The notes under the pieces: generated by a model
Database searches by the model: none
Seen by the model: only the letters and a program-made list of their open reading frames with translations
What the model was told of the DNA's origin: nothing
From: Blastocystis sp. Blastoise
Taxonomy: Eukaryota > Protista > Bigyra: Opalinata
Direction of reading: 5' to 3'
DNA: 64,000 bases
NCBI GenBank assembly: GCA_039096225.1
Contig: JBBPEB010000011.1
Span: 248,001 to 312,000, forward strand
Shown: positions 53,011-64,000 of the stretch, in pieces
How the letters are laid out: the number at the start of each line of letters is the position of its first letter
How positions within the stretch are numbered: position 1 is the first letter of the stretch
Made by a program: the position numbers and the translations under genes

Positions 53011-53499
53011 TAATATATTTTGAAAAATCAATTCTAAATATTTGAATTTTTTTTAGATTCAATTTGTCTGATTCTTTCTTAAAACTGATGTAAACACATT
53101 ATTTAAAAATATTTTTCTCTTTTTTAATATCATCTCTTCATAAAATGATCATTCTATAAATTGTACTCGTTAAGATATATATAGACCATGAAGGACCATA
53201 ACGTTTTATCGTTTTTTAGTCACGTTTAAAAGAGAATGTCAACTAAAAGTTTGACTTTAATTACTAATGACATTTATTTCTTGTTTAACACATGTTTAAA
53301 ATCATGTTCATGGCAAAATAAAATAGAAATCAAATTATTATTATTAATTCGTTTACAAATAATTACGAAATAATTCATGGTTATTACATATAATTATTTA
53401 AATAAACACAAACAAGAAATTTCAAGATGTAATCTAAAACAAAACAATTACTAGAATTTACAAAAATACAATTCAAACGTTTCGTTTAAATATGATGAC

Positions 53500-54144
53500 T
53501 TACAATTCTTCTGAGTCATCATAATGAATAGAAAAGACTTCTACTTCTTCACATTTCCAAATTGGTTGACCATCAAATAATTCATTTCCTTTTCCTGTAG
53601 AATCTATGAACGAATAAGGAAAGTTCAAATTATTAGACATTCGACTTATATCACAATTGTTTCGGATTGTTAAATCACCTTTCTTTCCAAATGAAGCAGA
53701 ATAACCACCTACATAATAAATAGAACGACTTTGGGAATTAGAACTAATTTTCGTAGGAGGAATATCATAAGGATTCTTTAATGTAAATAACCATAACTCG
53801 TTAGCTTCCATGAATTGTCCTGTTCCTTTTGAACTGTCCCAGGCTACATCAGTAAAACCACCAAAAATATTTCCATTCTGGCTTTTAATCACAGTTAGTG
53901 TATTTTTATGATCGTCCACCATTCTATGGAAATCCTTACCTTCAAATCCATCTCGACTTCCACGATATAATAACTCATATTGAATTGGATGCTGAGTCCA
54001 TTCATCAATATATTGATTGTAATCTTCAGAGAGAATATTACTATCGATCTAATACATAATTAAATTCAATAACAGAAAACATACGTTGACAGCTGAAGCA
54101 ATTGTCCATACAAAGAACATATATATATAATTTACATTCATCAT
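53500..54144 (-). CDS. TLDc-only protein with signal-peptide-like N-terminus, 1 intron
   Basis: MMNVNYIYMFFVWTIASAVN|IDSNILSED...YELLYRGSRDGF...GNIFGGFT...WLFTLKNP...EEVEVF. Confidence 0.82.
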
Positions 54145-54536
54145 TTTATATATATGCGTATAACTAAGTTTATTAGGTAAATACTTTGAAGAAAAAATAA
54201 ATGAAAAAAAGAAAAAGTTGTTGGTTTCAAGTATTCTTCTTTATATTTTTTACTTTAGACTTTTCCTTTATAAATTAAAAAAAAAATATTTTTTATGAAT
54301 TTCATTTTTTGTTTATTATATATATACTTGAAAATGATAGAAAACAGTATAAAATGATAACAAAAAACAGAGTACCATTTGAACATTTCTTATTCCCTCC
54401 AAAAAAAGAGTAGCAACGGGTTGATATTTTTAAGCAAAATTCAGATTAATTTTACAAATATATTAAACATCTGAATTTATTTAAGGATTTCATTTTTTTA
54501 AATTAAGAGAAGAATAACAGGAATAGATATTTCGAT

Positions 54537-56781
54537 ATGCATGTCAAAACAATTGAGATTGCCTGGCATCGAAGAGAAGATTCGGCAGTAAATGACCCAA
54601 TTCTCTCGATCCATTTCTTAACAAATTCGTTTTTTGCTACTGCAGGTAACGATAACGAAATCAGATTATGGAAAATTGTTCCCACTGAAACTGATTTTAA
54701 CATTGTGTACTGTTGCTCTCTTCATGGACATTCTCAAGCTGTTAATGTAGTCCGATGGTCTCCAGATGGTACGTTGTTTTATTATTTTGATTTATTTATT
54801 AACTAAAATTATGTAATAATCGTGTTTACCATTTATAGGCCATTATTTAGCTTCAGGAAGTGATGGTATATATATATATTATTATTATTCTGATATAGTT
54901 GGATAGATGGTCTTGTTATAATATGGAGTTTAAATAAAGATCAATGTCAAAATTGGGAGGAATGTTCTTCAGATAAGTTTGTTATTCGTAAGATATTAAG
55001 GTATTTATATAGAATATGATTTTGGTTTTTAATGAATATAATTGTTTATGTATATTATTTTATATAGAGGTCATTCAATGGATGTATATGATCTCTCTTG
55101 GTGTCCTGATTCTATACATATATGCTCTGCTTCTATTGATAATAGTGTCATTATATGGAATGTTGCCAAAGGTAGTTATATATATATATATTGTATTAGT
55201 TTATGTATATATGATAAATAGAACATGTTCTATGAATTTCAATAAAATTATAATATATATATATATATAGATAAGAGTATTCTTCAAACAATTTCAGAAC
55301 ATACACAATTTGTATTAGTAAGTTTTATTTAATAATAATATATATATGAATATTTTAAAACGTTTTTATTGTCCACTATTCAATTGTGTTTTTAGGGTAT
55401 CACGTGGGATCCCCTTGACCGTTATATTTGTAGCGAGAGTAACGACCGTACGGTTAGAGTCTATGTATCCAATCAAAACACTCCGATCTCTGATTACAAA
55501 ACATTTCCAAATTTAAATTGTAAATATTCGTTAAAACGACGTAATTATACAAATGAAAAAGATGAAACTACAGATACTGTATATATATATATATATTATA
55601 TATATAATAGTTATTTATATTTCTTTGAATTATTATTTATATACTTATTATAATTCCATTATATTTTTAACACTATATATATATATAGCCTGAAATTCGT
55701 AAAATAAAAAGTCATAATTTATATTTGGATGAAGCAGTTCTCTCTTTTTTTAGACGATTAACATTCTCTCCCCGCGGGGAAATACTGATTACTCCCACGG
55801 GAATGTTTCAAGAAGCATATGATAGACCCATAGTTAATTGCTCTTATGTGTTTATACGAGATCTTTTTGATATGTATATATATTATCTTTAAATATTATA
55901 TATATATGTAATAATTATAATATATAATCAATATAATCAATATAATCAATATAATCAATATAATCAATGTAATCAATATAATAAATAATCAATATAATCA
56001 ATATAATCAATATAATCAATATAATCAATATAATAAATATAATAAATATAATAAATATAATAAATATAATAAATATAATAATATAATAAATATAATAAAT
56101 ATAATCAATATATAGTCCTTGTGCTTATCTGCCTTCTCCCTCTCCTACTACTTGTATTAAATTCAATCCTCATATGTATAAACTACCCTCCAATTGTATA
56201 TATCAGTTATATCATATATTATATTATATGTATTTTAATTATGATTATCTTTTATATACTATTCTTTATATATACTTATGATTATATCTTAAATAATATC
56301 CTATATATATGTATATATATAGGTAATGGCGTTGTTCCTGTTGGATCTCTTTCTGATTTAGCAGATATCAAGTATAGAATACTTATAATAATATAATATA
56401 ATATATATATATATAGAGGTGTATATTATTATGCAGTGATTAACAATGAGGGAATTTTGATCTATAACACAATTAGTTTCTCCCCTATTTTTTATATTGG
56501 AGATATTCATTATGCACAAATCAATGATATTGACTGGTATTTATATATATATTTATATAGATCTATTTTATATATAATATAATCATTCTTAATTCAGGTA
56601 TTAATAATTTTTATATATATAATATATCTATATAGGAGTCCTGATGGAACAAAATTGATTTGTGTTTCAACAGATGGTTATGCTACATATATAGATGTTT
56701 CTGAGGATTTAGGAGATATTATAACTGATGAAACACAAATAAATAAGATGAATACAATGGATATTGATATAGATGATCCAC

Positions 56782-56820
<39 letters not shown>

Positions 56821-56849
56821 TGGATACTGTTCATATAACTACTACAGCT

Positions 56850-56928
<79 letters not shown>

Positions 56929-57164
56929 TCTCAAATAATAATAATAATAATAATATCTCAAATAATAATAATAATAATAATATCTCAAATAATAATAATA
57001 ATAATGCTACTACTACTTCAAATACTACAGATAATAATACAGAGCAATCTGAGCGATCGATGTCTGTAGCCAATAATAATACTATACTAATTGAATCTTC
57101 TCAAGAGAATAACAATACAAATGAAGGTGAAGACAATAAAAATCAAATGGAAATTGAACAATAA
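54537..57164 (+). CDS. CHAF1B: Chromatin assembly factor 1 subunit B (p60/Cac2), WD40
   Basis: MHVKTIEIAWH, FATAGNDNEIRLW, GHSQAVNVVRWSPDG, GHSMDVYDLSW, WDPL, SFFRRLTFSP, DIHYAQINDIDWSPDG; 10 GT-AG introns; poly-Asn tail. Confidence 0.9.
55921..56112. repeat. Intronic 8-9 bp minisatellite (ATATAATCA/ATATAATAA)n
   Basis: Seen directly in a CHAF1B intron. Confidence 0.9.
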
Positions 57165-57736
57165 ACTTAATATATCTATAAATAAATATCTCTTGAATTC
57201 ATTTCTTTACTATTGCTTCTTATTTATTATCCTTTTTTAATATATATATATGTATGTGTTAAAGATTTTTTGTTATATATAGTTGTTGTTAATGATTTTA
57301 TATATATATATTACTACTTTATTAGATCATTAATCAGAATAGCCTTATATAATGTATATTTACATTATCAATTTCAAATATCGATTAACTAAAATATACT
57401 TTTATTTCTATATAATTATAATATATTATTATTTAAACAAAACAATTGAGAATTATTCATTAGAAACTAAAACTGAAAAACAAAGAGAAAAAAGAGTAAA
57501 GAAAAAGAAGAGTTAAAAAAAAGTGGAAAATACAAAAGAAAATTATCATGATATACTATTAGATATATATATATATTAGGAATAGAAAATGTAAAATAGT
57601 TCATTATAGGAATAAACAAAAAGAAAGAAAGTATGAATAGTATATATACATATATATATCATGACAAATAACCCATTATTATATGAAAAAAAGAAGATAT
57701 AAATAAGAATATATTTTACGATATTTATACAGATAT

Positions 57737-59564
57737 TTATGAATCTGAATATTTGACTGTTTTTTGGATATAAACTAAGATATATCTATAAAGAAAAGAA
57801 TAATAATAGTTATTATATATATATATATATATACGGCTTTAAATTTTCAATTGTTTTCTCTGTATATTCATGTATTTTAAGATTATCAAATAAAAACCAT
57901 TTATTGTCTATCTTCACATAAGATACATAATGACCTCTATATATAAATAATAAGTAGAATAATAATAAGTATAATAATAATATACTCATTCACATTTCCT
58001 GTATGAACAATGCAAGCAAATAAATCATATATATATGAATCATTTCTATATATAATGTTAATAATAATATAATAATAATAATGATAATAATACTATATAC
58101 ATTGTAGAATCAACATAATGAGTAAAATCAAGATTTGTAATTGGGAAAGAAATATAGCTATTATCTTTATTTATATGATTCGAAACAGTTTCAATTCTCT
58201 AAATGAATAAAGAATATATATATATATATATATACATACATTGATTCGAAGAAAGAGGACAACAGGTAGTTTTTTTATACGTACATATCGAGTTTGTTGC
58301 TATATATAAATATATAATAGCACAACATTATATAATAACAATTAAAAGAAGAATATATATATATACAACAAAATTAAATGAGTTTGAAATAACTTCTTCG
58401 GCGATATACTGATTTAAACAATCATATAACGTACATCCATCTATATATATATATATAGTTCATTATATGTATATACTGAAAGGAATAGCTAATGAGATAT
58501 CAAAAAAATCTTCATAACTATATATATATAAATATAGTTTAAATAATTAGAATATTATATAAATAACAATATACGTTTTTGAAATATCATTTTCATGTGT
58601 AGAATTAACAGAATAGGTTGTCAAAACACCGCCAAATAATGTGTGAATAATACATGTGCATATATTGGGTTGAGTTGAAACTATAGAATTATAACAAATA
58701 TCGTCATAAAACAGTATTAGAAATCTAATAGAATCATAAATAAAAAGGAATACAATATATATATATAAATATATATACATTTTTGAATAAGTGATTGATG
58801 AAGTAATTCAAATAAACACAAATAAAACTCTTGTACATCTTGATGGTCGCACGTTGAAAGGGAGGAAGAAGACTTTAAAGGTAGGGAATCAAATAGATGA
58901 ATAGAATAAAAATAAATTTATAATAATATTGTATATAATTCTAGTGTACGTATTATTATTGTATAGAAATGTATATATACTTTAAAGACAGTATATAATA
59001 GAGAATAAGGAATAAGAGGAGTTGTTGACTTATCACTATTCACCTATTTATAGTATATTTATAGTATATTTATAGTATATTTATAGTATATTTATAGTGT
59101 ATTTATAGTGTATTTATAGTATATAGAGTATATTTATAGTATATATAGAGTATAAACTATATATATAGTATATAGAGTAAATATATACATAGAAGAATAG
59201 GTCACGTAAGACACATGCGGCACATTTATGTTTTTCATCTGGTACAATCACATTGTTAATAAAACAATCCTATATATAATATATATAATATCTATAATAT
59301 ATATATAATATATACAAGATAAGAATGTTTATCTGACAGAAAGAAATTCTTTAATGGCGTGATATGAAGTAATACTTGTAATACACTATATATACATATA
59401 TACATAATAACTATAACTAACTATATATATATACCTATTCATATAACAAGTATTTCCCATATCACAAATCCCTCGAATACTACAATCTATATATATACAT
59501 ATATACATATATATATAGTTATATATATATTATCACTAAGCTTTAATAAAAAGAAAAGAAATAA

Positions 59565-59601
<37 letters not shown>

Positions 59602-60380
59602 TATATATATATGAATACTATATTTCTTTAGATCTTCTGCACTATCATAATTTGTAGTTGAACATATATATGAATATTTATCCGTACTAACTACATATAT
59701 ATATATATAATTAATCATATACTAAAAGAATAGATACTAATAACTAAAAATAATAAAATTTATATATATATAGAAATACTTGAAAAAACAGGTAATGAAT
59801 GGGATAAGAAATATTTCAGACATTGAATCCCTTCATTATCATAACATTTTAGAGCAAATTGTTTATATAATGAACATTCTTTATGATATACAACATCCCC
59901 ACACCAAATACAAAAACTAAAAAAATGATATAGATAATTAATGAATTAGGAAATGAAACTAGATTGAATAAATATACATATCAAATGTTATAGACGAAAC
60001 ACAAAAATGATGGTTGGTTTCTAACATGTGTTCTCTCATGTGATATAAACAATGGCTTGTACAACACTAATATATTAATAATTATATTTGAATTCATTCA
60101 TTATTACATTCAAACATATCCATGGATCTGAAATCTCGCATTGGAGACAGTCTTTTTGATGTTTCACGTTCATATTCTAGAAATAATGTATTTAAAGTGA
60201 TACAGATCAATATTAGAAACTATATATAAAAATAAATGCAAAAAATACTGATAAAAACTTGTCAGGATTCAATTTTAAAAGTAAAATGATCAAAATATAT
60301 CGTTTATAAAAATTTGGATCTCCATCTATAATAGATGGCATATGATCACAATCTTTTGATATATACAAATTGAAATTCAT
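57737..60380 (-). CDS. ZnF-UBP ubiquitin-specific protease (USP22/Ubp8-like); 17 introns
   Basis: Cys box RGICDMGNTCYMNSVLQ, HQDVQEF, CIIHTLFGG, His box CIVHTG...GHYVSY...WFLFDN; N-terminal ZnF-UBP Cys/His pattern. Confidence 0.85.
59044..59150. repeat. Intronic 11-bp minisatellite (TATTTATAGTA)n
   Basis: Seen directly in a USP gene intron. Confidence 0.9.
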
Positions 60381-60556
60381 TGAAAACAAAAGAAACAAAT
60401 CAAATAGTAACAATCCTTGATTATTTGCTGAAAATGTAGTGAAAAACTAATTTTTTCTATAGGAATACAATCTTTTGAAAAAGAATTTTTAAATCGTTGC
60501 TTTCTTATTACTTTATTTAAAGAACACATCTATTTATATTTTAGAACTGTTCACAC

Positions 60557-61700
60557 ATGATTGCTTCACTTCGTAATACGTTCATTTTGTCAAGCACTTT
60601 ACTGAAAAGAACTTTTTTCCGAGAACTTCTTGAGGCTCCATATGTAACGAAAGAGACAAGTCCATCATTAAAGATATTTGGTTGTAATTATCAAGGGAAT
60701 ATCTCTGATTTTGATAAGGCATTAGGAAACACATGTAGTCAATATGAGAAGGTATGTATGTTTTTTTCGCATGTTGTATTTATTTCTTGGCTTATTTATG
60801 TCCAAATTATGTATATTTATTGAGAAACTATGAATATAGATTGTCAAAGCCCCATTAACCTGTGAACGTTTTGGATGTATCAATTTTACTACTTCAGAAC
60901 AAGCATCTAAAGAAAGTATGTATATAGTTTTTTAATTATTATTATATGTATATATACTAGAAATGGAATGGTCTTGTTTTGTTGTTCTTGATGACCCTAC
61001 TGTGATTGAAGCACTTCAAACAAATAGTATACCAAATCATTATTCTGTTGATATTAGTCCTTATAATGTTTTACAGTATTTATTTATTATTATATTTTTA
61101 TTTATTATTATGGTTTTATTTAATTTTATTATTATATTTTTATTTATTATTATATTTTTATTATTTATTATTATATTTTTATTATTTATTATTATGTTTT
61201 TATTTATTTATTATTATATTTTTATTATTTATTATTATATTTTTATTTTTATTTATTATTATATTTTTATTTAATTTTATTATTAATATTCTATATTTTA
61301 TTAGTTGTAAAATGCAACATAAAAATAAAATGTCAACTTTAGCTGCTGGAATTCGTGTGTATATATATATTTAATCACTTAATAACATTTTTTAAATACT
61401 TTTTTCTTATTATATCATTATATAACAGTCAATGACTTGCGAGATATTTTGTTAAAATTACAATTTATTATTATCTATAGATATCCTGCTTTTAATCGTT
61501 ATATAAAGAAATACACACTTCCTGCTATAACAACCTCAATTGAACTTTATTATAATGATATGAGATATCTTGAGTATATACATAGGAATATTTCTATTAT
61601 TTATTACGATATATATAGGTATTATGCATATTTAGAAGGAACAGAATTCTTCGATTCTATTAGAAAAAATAATCCATTTATATTAACGAAAGATATATAA
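60557..61700 (+). CDS. Hypothetical protein with mitochondrial-presequence-like N-terminus
   Basis: MIASLRNTFILSSTLLKRTFF (R/S/L-rich, no acidic residues); in frame through 5 GT-AG introns. Confidence 0.55.
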
Positions 61701-62136
61701 AAACATGTTTTTATTATTTATTATTTATTTCATTATTTTATAGTTTTTAAGATAATTGTTTAATATTTTTCTATTTAACAATATAAATATAGTGTAGTTG
61801 TTTTAAAAACTGTTTTGAATAACCATATAACTAGTTGATTATTAGTGAATTCAGTTATATATGAGTAAATAATTTATTTTAAAAAGTTGTTACTTGTGAT
61901 ATTATGTAAAAAAAATTATTTTTAAAGATATCTGTTTCTTGTAACAGTTTTATGCTTATGAAATAAACATTATAAATAAACAATTAATTCTTAAATATAT
62001 AATACTTTACTATATTAATAAACAGCATTGATAATTGTTTATATAAATAAATATGATAATAATAAAAATGAAACGAAAGAATATATATATATATGAGTTA
62101 AATTAAAAAATAGTAATACTTGTTGTATAATATATA

Positions 62137-63709
62137 TTATGCTCTTCCCCAGACTTCATAATCTTCTACTGTAAAGTAATTTTGAGTATCAGAATTATTA
62201 GTATTCACAAATAAGGATGATTTTTGAGGCGTATTCACAGTAGTAAATGAGTTTGAATTATTATATGCATTATCATTAGTAGCATGACAATTATTAACAA
62301 TAACTATATCTTTTCCACCTCCAAATGTAGGACCATACGAAGAAGAACAGTAGATACCATTACCTGTACCATTATGTAGATATTGAGTAGGAGGAATACC
62401 ATGCTCATTACTTAAGGTAAATAGAAACTCTTTAGAAGCAGGTTTATCACAGTTACTTGTTCTAGATTCCCAACTTTGATCTGTATATCCTCCAAATATA
62501 TTCATATGATTATTATGACCTATATGCTTGATTAGAGTAACTGTTTCTCCTTTATTATCGCAATAGTTATGAAAGAAAAATACAAAATAATCATATTCAC
62601 TTGCTCTATATATTATTTAAATTATTAAAATATATATATATATATATTCAAATTATTTATATTATAGAATTATACCTAAATAATAATTTCCATCTCTTTT
62701 CTTTACCTAACCAATTCACCAAGGGAGTTTCAAAACGTTTCTTTTCAATTATAGTGGAGTTTATAAATACATTTGGTTTTCCCATCATTGATTCTCTCAC
62801 TTCTTCTCTTCCTTTCTTGCCAAATAATTCAATCATTTCTTTCTCGAATAATTCTTTATTAATATCATTTATCTTATCTTCTTCTATATTTATATATCTA
62901 TTATTCACATATTGAGTAATATATTCAATATATTCATATTTCTTATTCATATATAAACTATCTTCAATATGATTATAATCAATAAATCCATTATCATAAT
63001 TCATTACATAATTATTCCATAAGCCATTCTTTATTAAATACTCTTTAATATTATCATTCTGATTTCCATTAATAAATAAAGAAACTTCATCACCGTTCTT
63101 ATACTGTTTCTTTTTAGTATCTCTTCTTTCTCTACATGCAACCAAATCTAAAGGAATCACTAATCCACAAAATTCATATAAATCCAATAATTCTAATTGA
63201 TCTTTATAACATAAACCTGTAATATCTACTTTCTTTCCATTCAAATAATCTATTACATAATAAGCCATAATATCATTTCCTCTATAATCTAGATATACAG
63301 TTCCATCACTTTCTCTACTCTCTTGATCACACGATTCATAAAGAAAAGAACCTTCTATTGTATCTATTATTCTTTTTGATAAAGGAAAAATAAGATCATT
63401 ATTTGCGAAACGAATTAAATCAAAACTAGTATCATCATACGTATTCCTACTTACATTTATACCTGTATCGTTATTCATATGAATATTATGAGGTAACGAA
63501 TCAAAAACAAAGTTTTTCTCATTTGCTTCAACAAATCTACCTTTATATGTAATAGCGATGTTTCTTACAAATTCTTCAAGATTGTATCCAATATTAGCCA
63601 TAGATTCAAATCTTCTTATTTGATCTTTTATCATATCTTCATACATTATCAAATATTCTTTCAAAATAAGCAACAAATTCTTATCATATCCATTCTTTTC
63701 TATATCCAT
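62137..63709 (-). CDS. BTB/POZ-like plus TLDc domain protein, 1 intron
   Basis: DGTVYLDYRGND...YYVIDYLNG...LELLDLYEFCGL (T1/KCTD-like BTB); WKLLFR|AS...FHNYCDNKGETV...IFGGYT...YGPTFGGG...EDYEVW. Confidence 0.85.
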
Positions 63710-63791
63710 GAATCCAAATAATTCACTAATTCCAAGAAATACAAGCAATTCAAAAAATAACTAATTTTTTTTTAAAGAATCAACAAAAATA

Positions 63792-63863
63792 AGCAGCCAG
63801 GCGGGTTTGAACCACCGACCGCACGATCTGCAATCGTATGCTCTACCACTGAGCTATGGCTGC
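63792..63863 (-). tRNA. tRNA-Cys(GCA)
   Basis: Reverse complement GCAGCCATAGCTCAGTGGTAGAGCATACGATTGCAGATCGTGCGGTCGGTGGTTCAAACCCGCCTGGCTGCT; anticodon GCA, U73 discriminator, downstream T5. Confidence 0.95.
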
Positions 63864-64000
63864 TAGTTGACTTCTATTTTTATTTATATTATATAGGAGC
63901 AAATAGAAAAAAAAAAGAATTCCTTTTATGAACAAAGTTATAGTATAATTCTTCACTCTGCATTTTTTTATGTTATTATCAACAAATATAATTGTTTAGT

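Overview
Very AT-rich, intron-dense eukaryotic nuclear DNA with about 25 protein genes and two tRNA genes, tRNA-Ile(UAU) and tRNA-Cys(GCA). I spliced the exons by hand. Almost all introns are GT-AG, start GTA(T) and end (TA)nTAG, and many are filled with microsatellites. Most short ORFs in the supplied track are artefacts of those introns. The gene content suggests a low-GC Blastocystis-lineage stramenopile (inference): a Helicobacter-type cholesterol alpha-glucosyltransferase, four TLDc-family genes, a DSYGDGW-motif surface protein and a minor intron. Highlights: (1) selenophosphate synthetase with an in-frame UGA (Sec) at 20394-20396 and a 3'-UTR SECIS at about 22400-22462; (2) a U12-type AT-AC intron at 30052-30150 in the long-chain acyl-CoA synthetase; (3) tandem aldo-keto reductase paralogues with reciprocal intron presence/absence inside a nucleotide-identical tract, one being a 43-nt GG-AG insert flanked by AGGGA repeats, which with other introns suggests intron birth by local duplication plus microsatellite filling; (4) two likely pseudoenzymes, a ZnF-UBP sirtuin lacking the catalytic His and a rhomboid lacking the Ser/His dyad with a tail of 10 NPF motifs; (5) both tRNA genes lie directly upstream of, and co-oriented with, TLDc genes. 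Gene names come from recalled motifs, not database searches.
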